The notes beneath the pieces were generated by a model, which worked only from the letters and a program-made list of their open reading frames with translations, did no database searches and was not told the origin of the DNA. The translations under genes were made by a program, and so were the position numbers. This document shows positions 1 through 8,842 of a stretch of 64,000 nucleotides of DNA, in pieces. Each line of letters starts with the position of its first letter. Within the stretch, counting starts at the first letter, position 1. The stretch comes from Candidatus Woesearchaeota archaeon (lineage in GTDB: Archaea > Nanobdellota > Nanobdellia > CAYMVK01 > CAYYFB01), in the NCBI GenBank assembly GCA_964471255.1, contig CAYYFB010000001.1:37923-101922 (forward strand), given 5' to 3'.

Positions 1-1
1 C

Positions 2-418
2 TCAGTTCTTGAAATAGAAGGAATTCTTCCTCAGAAAAAAGCAATCCACTTTATAGCTGATCTGGAGCGGAAAGCTATAGAAATATCAGGGATAAAATAC
101 CCAGATGTAGTTATATATTTACGGATCCCTCCAGATATGCTGGAGGACATATTTAACAGCAGATCATTTGAAAAAGTTCCTAAGGACATTTATGAAATAA
201 GCTTGGAACTGCAGAGGAAGGTAATTCAGGCTTATGATTACGTCTACAAAATTGCAAGAGATGGAGATGATATTTTGGGTGGTAATACTAAATGGATAAA
301 AGTAGATGCTACAGAGCCTGTTCCTGTTGTTCATTTTGAAATTTGGGAATCCATTTTCGATCTATTTGAAAAACATGCTGAGGAAGTAAGAAATTATAAA
401 AGAAAATTAAAGCCCTAA
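2..418 (+). CDS. 3' part of a gene entering from the left edge; possibly a P-loop nucleoside/nucleotide kinase-like protein
   Basis: The frame of ORF 137..418 stays open back to nt 2 (SVLEIEGILPQKKAIHFIADLERKAIEISGIKYPDVVIYLRIPPDMLEDIF...). The segment DVVIYLRIPPD weakly resembles dTMP/deoxynucleoside kinases. Confidence 0.45.
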   Translation, partial: SVLEIEGILPQKKAIHFIADLERKAIEISGIKYPDVVIYLRIPPDMLEDIFNSRSFEKVPKDIYEISLELQRKVIQAYDYVYKIARDGDDILGGNTKWIKVDATEPVPVVHFEIWESIFDLFEKHAEEVRNYKRKLKP

Positions 419-967
419 TTTATCGCTAATTCCCTGGAGCGCTTTCAAACTTATTTCTATGAACTTATCAAGTTCGATAATTCCATCTATCATTTTTAAT
501 ATCTTTTCTCTATTCACTCCTCTTGCAAAAGCTTTCTCTTTAAACCTATTTTTAACATTTTTTACCTTAACACTTCTCAATCTCTTGTCTGGCATTACAA
601 GCGCTGTGGCTATAATTAAGCCAGAAATTTGATCAGCAGCTACAAGCATTTTTTCCATTAGAGTTTCTGGAGCGGGCTCATTGTTTAGTCCATATGCATG
701 TCTTCTAATTGCTCTAAGAATTTTGCTAGAAATAGATGGTATTTCCTTTCTTAGGATTTCTTCAGCCAGTATTCCATGCTTTTTTGGATTTTCTTTAGTT
801 ATTTCATAATCTATATCATGAAGTAATCCAGCTATTCTCCATTCCCTTTCATCTTCTTTGAAATATTTGGCTAGCTTTTCCATTATTGCAGAAACAGCTA
901 GGCAATGTTTTACTATTTTTTCATTTTTCAAATGCTTCTCTAAGATAGATAAGTATTTGTTGAGCAT
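407..967 (-). CDS. HD-domain metal-dependent phosphohydrolase
   Basis: 186 aa with H..(CLAVSAIMEKLA)...GLLHDIDYE...KKHG, the typical HD/HDIG signature. Confidence 0.8.
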   Translation of the reverse strand: MLNKYLSILEKHLKNEKIVKHCLAVSAIMEKLAKYFKEDEREWRIAGLLHDIDYEITKENPKKHGILAEEILRKEIPSISSKILRAIRRHAYGLNNEPAPETLMEKMLVAADQISGLIIATALVMPDKRLRSVKVKNVKNRFKEKAFARGVNREKILKMIDGIIELDKFIEISLKALQGISDKLGL

Positions 968-973
968 AAAAGG

Positions 974-1591
974 TTATTTGCTTTTTGATCCTTCCTCTCC
1001 TTCTTCTATTCTCCTTTTGAGCTCCTTTAATGCTTTCTCAACTTCCTCATCGCTTACCGAAACTTCTGCAAGTCTAGGTAAGGATTCAACAAGCAACCTA
1101 TATGACCTGATAATCCCTTCATTTGTTTCTTCCAAGAGATTTGTCATATTCTTAACCATTTTTTTCAATGCTGGGGGAAGTTCATTAACTTTCTTTAATA
1201 TTCTGCCTTTCCTACGAATTCTACCATACTGGATTAGCAGATCAATAGAATCCGCAGCATTTAGAGCCGCTTCTCCTTCTTCTATAAGTCTTCTCGCTAA
1301 AGTCCTATACCCATTGACGATATCTTTAAGAAATGGAGAGGAGGGATTTACCCCTCTTAATCGTGCTAACATTAGGCTTCCTAGCAATTTAAGATTCACT
1401 CCTAAGATGGTATATCTGCTCCTTACTTCGGAGAGCTGCTTGTATTTGCCAGCATCAATATACTTTAAAATTTTCTCTGAGGTACCATGTTTTAAGAGAT
1501 AATTTATGTCCTCATCGATTTGGGAAGCTATCTGTTCATAAAAGGATTTACGCCTTCTAAAAGGCCACATGATAATTTGATCTTTCCCCAA
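974..1591 (-). CDS. hypothetical protein (helical, K/E/R-rich)
   Basis: 205-aa ORF packed directly against valS (stop/start adjacent). No recognisable motif. Confidence 0.6.
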   Translation of the reverse strand: MGKDQIIMWPFRRRKSFYEQIASQIDEDINYLLKHGTSEKILKYIDAGKYKQLSEVRSRYTILGVNLKLLGSLMLARLRGVNPSSPFLKDIVNGYRTLARRLIEEGEAALNAADSIDLLIQYGRIRRKGRILKKVNELPPALKKMVKNMTNLLEETNEGIIRSYRLLVESLPRLAEVSVSDEEVEKALKELKRRIEEGEEGSKSK

Positions 1592-3961
1592 TTAAAGAAC
1601 TTTCTTATTATTTATTCTGTGCATTGCTACCAGATCTTTTCTAAATTCTAGTAAATCTCTTGGTATGGTCACTCCGGTTATAGGTTCTGATAGTTTAATT
1701 CCCTTTTTTGACTTTTCTTCCCAAACATATGAGTTGAATGCGATTATTTTTTCTGTATAAGAGGTAAGGTCAGGAATTCCTTCTATAGGTCTTGGAAAGC
1801 TTTCTGAATGAATAGATCTGTTCTTATAAAGCGCTCTCCAGACTTTATCAGATAGAGCAGGAATTATTGGTGCTAATAATAGAAGTAATGACTTAAGAAC
1901 TGTGTGCAGTGTCCACCAGCATGATTTTGCCTCTTCTTCTTTAAATCCATCAATTTTAGCTCTTCTTTTTGTCATTTCGATATAATGATCAGCAAATATA
2001 TTCCATGCAAATTTCCTTATCCTTAGAGCAGCACTATGGAAATCAAACCTTTTATAATCTTCAATACATTCCTTAATAAGTTTGTTTAGTTCAGATAGTA
2101 TCCACTCATCTGTTTTTTCCAATTTCTCTGGTCTAGAAACTTGAGGAAAACTTGAAATATATCTAGCTATGTTCCAAAGTTTTACTAGAAACTTTCCAGC
2201 ACCTCTAATTTTTCCTTCAATAAATCTATAATTTTCTCCTATATTGCACTCCAGAGCTATCCACATTCTTAGTGTTTCAGCTCCATATTTCTCAATAAGC
2301 TCCATTGGAGGAATTAAGTTTCCTAGAGATTTGCTCATTTTCCTTCCTTTCTCATCCAATCCCATCCCGTGGATAAAAATGTGATCAAAAGCTCGCTCTC
2401 CAGTTAATAGATAAACTCTTAACAGGGAGGAAAATAGCCAGGTTCGTATTATATCATATCCTTGGTGTCTTAATTTTTCTCCGTTTAAAAATGTTTTCTT
2501 AAAGAAATTTTCATCCCTTTTCCATCTGGTTAGATAAAGAATTGTAATAGAAGAATCCATCCATGTGTCTAAAGTTCTCCATTCTCCTTCCCATTCCTTA
2601 TTTCCACATTTTGGACAGGGAATATCTAGTTTTTCCTTCCAAGGTTTTACATAGCGATCTGGAGCGGCCACATATCTGTATCCGCATTTTTTGCAGTACC
2701 AAATAGGAAGCTCTGTTCCATAATACCTTCTTCTCGAAATACACCAATCGATTGAATTTTCTTTAACATTTTTTATCCAATCAATTAGCCTCTGGAGATG
2801 CCATCTAGGGTACCAATTTGCTTCCTTGGCTATTTTTTCAATTTCATCAATAACATGCAATTGTTTTAGATAATATTCCTTCATTAAAATTATCTCTATA
2901 GGAGTTTTGCATTTGTCGTGTACTGGGACCCTGTGGCTTATTATTTCCTCTTTTACAAGCAAGTTTTTCTTTTTTAATTCTTCTATAATTCTTTCTCTGG
3001 CTTCTGGAGCGGCCAAACCTGCAAATTTTCCTGCTGCTTCTGTTAATCTTCCATCAGCCCCAATATACTTTACTGGTTCTATTTTAAGATCTCTAAGCAC
3101 TCTTACATCTGCAAAATCTCCAAATGAGCATACCATTTCTATTCCCGTTCCAAATTCTGGATTGGCCTCCGGATGAGAAAGAATTGGGACTTCATACTCA
3201 AAAATAGGGACAATAGCATTCTTTCCTTCTAAGTGCTTATATCTTTCATCTCCAGGATTGAAAATTATAGCTCTGCAGGCACCAAGCAATTCTGGTCTTG
3301 TAGTTGCTATTATTATCTCCTCCGCTCCAGAACGGAATTTTATATAATAAAGCTTTGTCTCTCTTTCTTTATACTCAACCTCCATATCGGAAATTGCTGT
3401 TTTACAGTGGGGACACCAATTGATAGGTCTTTCGGCTTCGTAGATCAGTCCTTTTTCCCAAAGTATTTTGAAGCTTTTTTGAGTTAAAGCTCTATAAGCA
3501 GGGTCATCAGTTCTATAATAATCCCACTCTCCTACTATTTCAAATCTTTTCATGATTTCCTTTATCCCCTTTATCCATTGGGTTAATCTCTCCCTACAAA
3601 GCTTCTCAAATTCCTCCCTATCCATTTCCCAGGGGGTTATTCCCTCATATTTCTCTAAATAATGCTCTATTGGAATTCCATTTCCATCAAAGCAAATTGG
3701 AAATAGTACATTATATCCTAGCATTCTTCTTATTCTTGCTATAATATCCAGCATTGCATAAGCAACTGCAGCCCCTACATGCCATTCTGGAGCGGGATAT
3801 GGCGGAGGAGTATCAATTACGAATATTGGTTTATTTGAATCTAATTTAAATTTCCACCAATCTTCTTTTTCCCACTGTTTTATTAACTCAAGCTCAAATT
3901 CTTTTTTCCATCTTTTTTCTTTTATCCTCGGCTCGAAGTTTGCTTCAAATTGGGAGGTCAT
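1592..3961 (-). CDS. valS: valyl-tRNA synthetase (class I aaRS)
   Basis: 789 aa with IDTPPPYP..., DWCISRRRYYG and KMSKSLGN, an archaeal ValRS-like layout. The HIGH position reads HVGA (see findings). Confidence 0.8.
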   Translation of the reverse strand: MTSQFEANFEPRIKEKRWKKEFELELIKQWEKEDWWKFKLDSNKPIFVIDTPPPYPAPEWHVGAAVAYAMLDIIARIRRMLGYNVLFPICFDGNGIPIEHYLEKYEGITPWEMDREEFEKLCRERLTQWIKGIKEIMKRFEIVGEWDYYRTDDPAYRALTQKSFKILWEKGLIYEAERPINWCPHCKTAISDMEVEYKERETKLYYIKFRSGAEEIIIATTRPELLGACRAIIFNPGDERYKHLEGKNAIVPIFEYEVPILSHPEANPEFGTGIEMVCSFGDFADVRVLRDLKIEPVKYIGADGRLTEAAGKFAGLAAPEARERIIEELKKKNLLVKEEIISHRVPVHDKCKTPIEIILMKEYYLKQLHVIDEIEKIAKEANWYPRWHLQRLIDWIKNVKENSIDWCISRRRYYGTELPIWYCKKCGYRYVAAPDRYVKPWKEKLDIPCPKCGNKEWEGEWRTLDTWMDSSITILYLTRWKRDENFFKKTFLNGEKLRHQGYDIIRTWLFSSLLRVYLLTGERAFDHIFIHGMGLDEKGRKMSKSLGNLIPPMELIEKYGAETLRMWIALECNIGENYRFIEGKIRGAGKFLVKLWNIARYISSFPQVSRPEKLEKTDEWILSELNKLIKECIEDYKRFDFHSAALRIRKFAWNIFADHYIEMTKRRAKIDGFKEEEAKSCWWTLHTVLKSLLLLLAPIIPALSDKVWRALYKNRSIHSESFPRPIEGIPDLTSYTEKIIAFNSYVWEEKSKKGIKLSEPITGVTIPRDLLEFRKDLVAMHRINNKKVL

Positions 3962-4079
3962 ACTTGGAATTCCATCATAATATTATAATCTCATATCAAC
4001 CGGGAATATATAACTACAATCAAATCAAAGCTGGAGTGGTCTATGGAACATATAAAATAAGTTCATGGTACATGAGAAG

Positions 4080-4106
4080 AGGGCCCTACTGTTTGAAAAG
4101 GGCCCT
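4080..4106. repeat. two copies of the self-complementary octamer AGGGCCCT separated by 11 nt (potential 8-bp hairpin)
   Basis: AGGGCCCT at 4080..4087 and 4099..4106. It lies 12 nt downstream of the tRNA-Thr 3' end on the minus strand and upstream of valS. Confidence 0.6.
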
Positions 4107-4118
4107 ATGTCATTTGAA

Positions 4119-4189
4119 GCCCCCGGCGGGATTTGAACCCGCGACCTCCCGCTTACGAGGCGGGCGCTCTGCCGCTAAGCTACGGGGGC
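4119..4189 (-). tRNA. tRNA-Thr (anticodon CGU), no intron, CCA not encoded
   Basis: Reverse complement is GCCCCCGTAGCTTAGCGGCAGAGCGCCCGCCTCGTAAGCGGGAGGTCGCGGGTTCAAATCCCGCCGGGGGC. It shows a cloverleaf with a 7-bp acceptor stem, anticodon loop CTCGTAA and T-loop GGTTCAAATCC. Confidence 0.9.
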
Positions 4190-4219
4190 ATATTGGTATT
4201 TAGCTAACCTTCCCGATAG

Positions 4220-4230
4220 TATATATATTA
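4220..4230. promoter_or_regulatory. palindromic TATA-like element (TATATATATTA) in the divergent spacer between tRNA-Thr and the 4249 gene
   Basis: Alternating TA run about 25 nt upstream of ATG 4249, suggesting a leaderless mRNA. It sits about 31-41 nt upstream of the tRNA 5' end on the other strand. Confidence 0.35.
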
Positions 4231-4248
4231 CCATTATAGGGTAATAAC

Positions 4249-4860
4249 ATGGTAGCTCCACTCCAAAGAATTAGAAAATGGAGGCTAAATAGAGAAATAG
4301 AAAGGAGATATCAAGAGCTTTCTAGAAGCTATGAAGGCCTTAGAAATCAAGTTAGAAGAGGAACTAGTACTTTGGAGTCCATACTTACTAATATTGAAGA
4401 AAATATTAGCAGAGGAGAAATAACAAACACCTTTATTCACTTAGATAGTTTTCCGGGTTTCTTTAGAACGTATAACTTAGCTGCACTATATCTTCTAGTA
4501 TTGGCTCATACCTCAGCTTCCTTATTCTTTAGATACCTTGATCAAATGAGAGAACTAGAATACAGTAGGGAAGAGATAAGAGAGAAATTGGCCCTATTTA
4601 TACGCACAGGGTATTTAGCCCTTAGGCATTATCGCAATTATTGTAATAGAGTTAAAGAAATTATTGGAGGCATATACCACTGCATAGACGAAATGCTTGC
4701 TAGGGTAAGGGGGAGAGAGGAACTGGAACGAAGACTAGTTGGATATAGAGAAGCGATAGAAAGAGATTGGAAAAATTTGGTGCGGGGAAGGGTTTATAAC
4801 TACATATCACGCTTGCTATTTCTAGCTAGGATTTCATTACAACAAAGGGAGTATCTTTAA
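4249..4860 (+). CDS. hypothetical protein (Arg-rich, helical)
   Basis: 203-aa ORF with no recognised motif. Confidence 0.6.
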   Translation: MVAPLQRIRKWRLNREIERRYQELSRSYEGLRNQVRRGTSTLESILTNIEENISRGEITNTFIHLDSFPGFFRTYNLAALYLLVLAHTSASLFFRYLDQMRELEYSREEIREKLALFIRTGYLALRHYRNYCNRVKEIIGGIYHCIDEMLARVRGREELERRLVGYREAIERDWKNLVRGRVYNYISRLLFLARISLQQREYL

Positions 4861-4893
4861 CATACTTCAAGCAAATTAGAGTTCATTCTAAAT

Positions 4894-5424
4894 ATGAGAA
4901 AAACTTTGGCCTACAGGCTTTTGCATCCAAGACCTACAGTTTTACTCATATCAAAATATGGAAAGAAAACCAATGCAATGGCGCTTGCCTGGTCCACTCC
5001 AGTAGAAGAGGATGTTGTAGCGGTTGCTATCTATAGAGGAAACTATTCGTATGAATTGGTAAAGAAATCTGGAGAATTTACTTTGAATATAATCCCAATA
5101 GAGAATCTAGATATTCTTTGGAAAGCAGGAACAATGTCTGGAAGGAAAATAGACAAGATAAAAGAGTTAGGGATAGAACTGGAGCAAGGGGTTAAAATAA
5201 AGACACCACATGTTAAGAATTGCTTAGGATTTCTAGAATGCAAAGTGGAAAAGGAAATAGAAGAGGAAGAGCATTCTCTATTTATTGCTGAGGTTGTTTA
5301 TGCTTGGGCCGCTCCAGAATGGTTTAAAGAAACTTGGAAAGAAGGTATAAAAATTCCTTTACACGTAGGAAAAAACATATTTGCGATCCCTTCGCAATAT
5401 ATGAGAACAAAAAGAGTTAGATAA
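4894..5424 (+). CDS. flavin reductase-like FMN-binding split-barrel protein
   Basis: LLHPRPTVLLISKYGKKTNAMALAWSTPVEEDVVAVAI...FTLNI is typical of the flavin reductase domain (COG1853-type). Confidence 0.75.
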   Translation: MRKTLAYRLLHPRPTVLLISKYGKKTNAMALAWSTPVEEDVVAVAIYRGNYSYELVKKSGEFTLNIIPIENLDILWKAGTMSGRKIDKIKELGIELEQGVKIKTPHVKNCLGFLECKVEKEIEEEEHSLFIAEVVYAWAAPEWFKETWKEGIKIPLHVGKNIFAIPSQYMRTKRVR

Positions 5425-5836
5425 CTTCTATCTCTGCTGTTTTTTCATTTATTATTAAATATAATCTGGGAAGAATTTCTATCCACAATCCAAATTCATC
5501 TATCCTTAATGAGAATTCTGAGAACCCTCCTTCTAAAACTGGTTTATATCCATCTTCCCAAACTACTTTTATGTTCTTTAATCTAATTTTCTTCGCTGTC
5601 TCAAATAAGAATTCTTCAAAGTTTTTATCCTTTAGTTCTACATCGGATCTTTGGAAATACGAAAACCCTCCCATGTTCTTAATTTTATCTAAATTTTCTT
5701 CCTTTTTCTTTTTAATCTTCTCTGATATATGCACAAGAGATAAAACTTCCCTATTTTTGTCTATTTCTTTTTCTAGCTTATTTATCCTTTCTTTAAGCCA
5801 ATCTAATGTTTCTTTTGTCTCAATAAGAAGCGACAT
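5417..5836 (-). CDS. hypothetical coiled-coil protein
   Basis: 139-aa ORF, K/E-rich at the N-terminus, no motif recognised. Confidence 0.5.
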   Translation of the reverse strand: MSLLIETKETLDWLKERINKLEKEIDKNREVLSLVHISEKIKKKKEENLDKIKNMGGFSYFQRSDVELKDKNFEEFLFETAKKIRLKNIKVVWEDGYKPVLEGGFSEFSLRIDEFGLWIEILPRLYLIINEKTAEIEVI

Positions 5837-5862
5837 ACTTATAGGAGAGGAAAAGAAGTAAA

Positions 5863-5920
5863 TTATTGTGATGAAACCATTCCATCCTGAGCCGTGATGA
5901 ACGTCGGTGATGCTGAGAAG
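5863..5920 (+). ncRNA. C/D box sRNA (2'-O-methylation guide)
   Basis: Layout is GTGATGA (C, 5868..5874), 12-nt guide AACCATTCCATC, CTGA (D', 5887..5890), GCC spacer, GTGATGA (C', 5894..5900), 12-nt guide ACGTCGGTGATG, CTGA (D, 5913..5916). This is canonical archaeal 12-nt spacing, and the element is intergenic. Confidence 0.85.
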
Positions 5921-5932
5921 AGGGTAAGCTGA

Positions 5933-6502
5933 TTAAAGTTTTTTCAGTTCTATCCTAATTCTTTCTCCTTTTAGAGTAATTTTTATATAGGTGGGCGCTC
6001 CAGTTAACCATCCGCAAAGTTCTCCAGGATTTATGGCCATGGACTTAAAATCATGAATATTAATCTCTATTGCCTTCTTTTCTAGTTCCTTCGTATAATT
6101 AATAACCTTACTTTCCTTTGTCAGAAAAAGGGAATACCTATGAGTATGTCCAAAGAAGATGAATCTATATTTTGATAGTAAATATTTTGAGAACTCTATC
6201 GTCTGATCTATTGATCCAAAATTATGGAAAATGAATGATTTTTCTCCAAAGAGATCTATTTCTCTTGGATAGCCAATTTCTATTTTACTTCCCTGGATGT
6301 TTTTTAGAATTGAAGGTCTATCTCCCTCATTATTTCCCCAAACCCCAATTATTTTCTTTCCATATTTTGCCATCTCTCTTGCCGTAAATGGAGAAACAAA
6401 ATCACCGCAAAATATTCCTAAGTCAAAGTCCTTCTCTCTTTCAAATAACTTTCTTAGGTTTTCTAAATGATCATGTACATCGGAGAAGACAATGATCTTC
6501 AT
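5933..6502 (-). CDS. MJ0936/YfcE-type metallophosphoesterase
   Basis: MKIIVFSDVHDH...CGDFVSP...WGNNEGD...FFGHTHR. I place the start at ATG 6502..6500, which overlaps the stop of the upstream GT2 gene (TAATG); the longer track ORF would overlap by 67 nt. Confidence 0.8.
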   Translation of the reverse strand: MKIIVFSDVHDHLENLRKLFEREKDFDLGIFCGDFVSPFTAREMAKYGKKIIGVWGNNEGDRPSILKNIQGSKIEIGYPREIDLFGEKSFIFHNFGSIDQTIEFSKYLLSKYRFIFFGHTHRYSLFLTKESKVINYTKELEKKAIEINIHDFKSMAINPGELCGWLTGAPTYIKITLKGERIRIELKKL

Positions 6503-7230
6503 TACCTTATTGGGTTGTAATTCCATGCTTTCATCCCTATTTTTTGCCTTATGTATCCTCCCCACCACTTTAAAACTGTAGAATAGAGTCCCAAGTAATT
6601 AATTCTTCTGGAAGAAGCTATTACTGAGGTTGTTTCTAAAAAGGTTGATTTTCCAATTTTTCTCTTTATTAACCTAAGACTAAAATCTATATCTTCCCCT
6701 GGAAAAATTTCTTCATTAAATCCTCCAACTTTCCAGAATATTTCTTTCTTTATCCCGAAACATATTCCAGGTAAGATGGCCTTTCCCACTTTTCCCAGAG
6801 TATTAGATAGGAAATTAGCTAATGCATGTTGAATTAAGTATTTCCCACTTTCTGGGATAATTTGGCAAGTAGTTGCTACTACATCCTTCTTGCTTAATTC
6901 AAAGTAAAACTCCCTTAATAAGTTCCTTGATGCAATTGTATCGGCATCGATAAATATTATAAAATCCCCAGAGGCATATTTTGCTCCAGCATTCCTTCCA
7001 GCTCCAGCCCCCCTCTTCTTTGTTAAAACAATTTTATTAACATATTCTCTTGCAATTTCTAGAGTCCTATCCTTACTGTATGAATCTCCAATTATTATTT
7101 CATAAGGCAGGTTAAAATCTTGGTCTTTTAAGGAAAATAAGCATCTTCCAATATACTTTTCCTCATTTAAAGTAGGAACAATTATAGAAATAACCGGATT
7201 TTTTACTTCTTTGATAATTTCTATTTCCAT
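6502..7230 (-). CDS. family 2 glycosyltransferase
   Basis: ISIIVPTLNEEKYI...DQD...IIIGDSYSKDRT...IFIDADT, the GT-A fold DxD signature. Confidence 0.8.
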   Translation of the reverse strand: MEIEIIKEVKNPVISIIVPTLNEEKYIGRCLFSLKDQDFNLPYEIIIGDSYSKDRTLEIAREYVNKIVLTKKRGAGAGRNAGAKYASGDFIIFIDADTIASRNLLREFYFELSKKDVVATTCQIIPESGKYLIQHALANFLSNTLGKVGKAILPGICFGIKKEIFWKVGGFNEEIFPGEDIDFSLRLIKRKIGKSTFLETTSVIASSRRINYLGLYSTVLKWWGGYIRQKIGMKAWNYNPIR

Positions 7231-7241
7231 AAAAATAAATC

Positions 7242-7841
7242 ATGGAAATAAAGATTTCTCTTCCCCCTCCGGTTAAAAAAGGAAAGCTGAGTCTTGAGGA
7301 AGCTATTGAAAAAAGAAGAAGTATCTGGGAGTACTTGGATTTGCCATTAGAGCTCAGAGAAATTTCTCAAATCCTATGGGCTGCGCAGGGAATAACAGAC
7401 AAAAGAGGATTTAGGACAGCACCTTCGGCTGGAGCAACCTATCCTTTTGAGGTTTATATAGTCGTTAAAAAGGTGAATGGATTAAAGCCAGGAATCTACA
7501 AATATATTCCAGCAGAGCACTCAATAGAATTAATCAAGGAAGGAGATTTCTCAAATGAGCTTTGTAGAGCATGCCTAGGCCAGGTTTGGGTAAAAGATGC
7601 TGCAGTTAATATTATTTTGGTTGCTTTTTATGAGAGAACAACTTGGAGATATGGAGAAAGGGGAAAGAGATATGTTCATTTTGAGGCAGGACATATAGGT
7701 CAGAATATTTATTTGCAGGCCACAGCTCTTGGTTTAGGAACCGTAGCAATTGGGGCTTTTTATGATGAGGAAGTTAAGAGAATATTAGAGACTGAAGGGC
7801 ATCCTCTTTATATATTCCCGGTTGGAAAAATCAAAAAGTGA
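7242..7841 (+). CDS. SagB/ThcOx-type nitroreductase-family protein
   Basis: LSLEEAIEKRRSIWEY...ILWAAQGIT...RTAPSAGATYPFEVYIVV...GHIGQNIYLQA. Confidence 0.75.
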   Translation: MEIKISLPPPVKKGKLSLEEAIEKRRSIWEYLDLPLELREISQILWAAQGITDKRGFRTAPSAGATYPFEVYIVVKKVNGLKPGIYKYIPAEHSIELIKEGDFSNELCRACLGQVWVKDAAVNIILVAFYERTTWRYGERGKRYVHFEAGHIGQNIYLQATALGLGTVAIGAFYDEEVKRILETEGHPLYIFPVGKIKK

Positions 7842-7983
7842 AAGAGATAAAAAATATTCCATGATTAAAAAATATTACACGCCTAGAAAATGATCTCTCT
7901 GGAATTATGTGAAAAGATCCTATAAGGAGAATTCTTGAATAAAGCAATTACCTCCAAGTAATAAAAAATACATAAAAAATAAT

Positions 7984-8823
7984 ATGGATAGAAAGGCTCT
8001 AAGGAGGGCCTGGGATAACACATTAGAAAACTCCACAAATAGCTTGCCTTCCCCCCTTAACTCTCTAGATGACATAATTAAAGAGTACGATGCTACTTGT
8101 GATTCTCTTATCAAAAATATTCCCAGCCCTTTTGGAAATTGGATGGGAGGAATGAGTTATTATCCTCTCGTTCTTACAACTCTTTTTGGGTTTGGGATCG
8201 CTTATAAGATACTTGGTATAAGAACTAAAAGAAAAGAGGAAGAACATTCTCCATATACTAGTTTAATAGTAGCACCTGTGATTGAAGAACTGCTTTTTAG
8301 AGCCCTTCCAGCAGTAGTTGGGTGGATGGTAGGAGGGCCGGTTGGTGCTATGATAGCTTTAGCAGTTTCAGGTATAGTGTTTGCTTTGGGGCATCTGTGC
8401 TACTATGAACAAGGGAAAATGGCTGCATTACCGATTTACTTACTTCTAAGCTTCTTCCTTTCTCATGTCTATGTGCATGCGGGAATTTTTGGTTCCATAG
8501 GCTTACATCAGCTACAAAATGCGGTTGCATTTCTTATTGGATACATTAAGAAAAAAACGGAAGAATTGAGTCTAGAAAAAACATTTCTGGAATTTAGAGA
8601 CAGAGTGGTAGGGTTTAAGGATAAAATAGTAAGTTTTTACCGAAGATTGAGAAGAAATGTCAAAACATTTTACACTTCAATTAAAAATAAAATAGAAGGG
8701 ATAATATTGAAAAAAGACAAGCATGGTAAAACAGATGGTTACAGAATAGGCTCTTTTGGTTTAAAGCGCTTAGGTACTGTCTATACCTTTGCTAGGTCAA
8801 TGGATTATCAAACTGCTTGTTGA
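7984..8823 (+). CDS. CPBP (CAAX-type) intramembrane metalloprotease family protein with a basic C-terminal extension
   Basis: All three CPBP motifs are present: EELLFRA, FALGH and HQLQN, within hydrophobic segments. Confidence 0.75.
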   Translation: MDRKALRRAWDNTLENSTNSLPSPLNSLDDIIKEYDATCDSLIKNIPSPFGNWMGGMSYYPLVLTTLFGFGIAYKILGIRTKRKEEEHSPYTSLIVAPVIEELLFRALPAVVGWMVGGPVGAMIALAVSGIVFALGHLCYYEQGKMAALPIYLLLSFFLSHVYVHAGIFGSIGLHQLQNAVAFLIGYIKKKTEELSLEKTFLEFRDRVVGFKDKIVSFYRRLRRNVKTFYTSIKNKIEGIILKKDKHGKTDGYRIGSFGLKRLGTVYTFARSMDYQTAC

Positions 8824-8842
8824 CGAACCCCATAATACATTA

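Noticed and set aside
858-1502. Long plus-strand ORF (214 aa), and many similar track ORFs antisense to the called genes: 2907..3176, 10160..10666, 10790..11218, 27124..27429, 29862..30188, 40799..41170, 43955..44401, 49543..49929, 51415..51858.
   Set aside because: They are Ser/Phe/Leu/Ile-rich, low-complexity shadows of K/E-rich genes on the opposite strand. They carry no motifs and overlap well-supported CDSs entirely.
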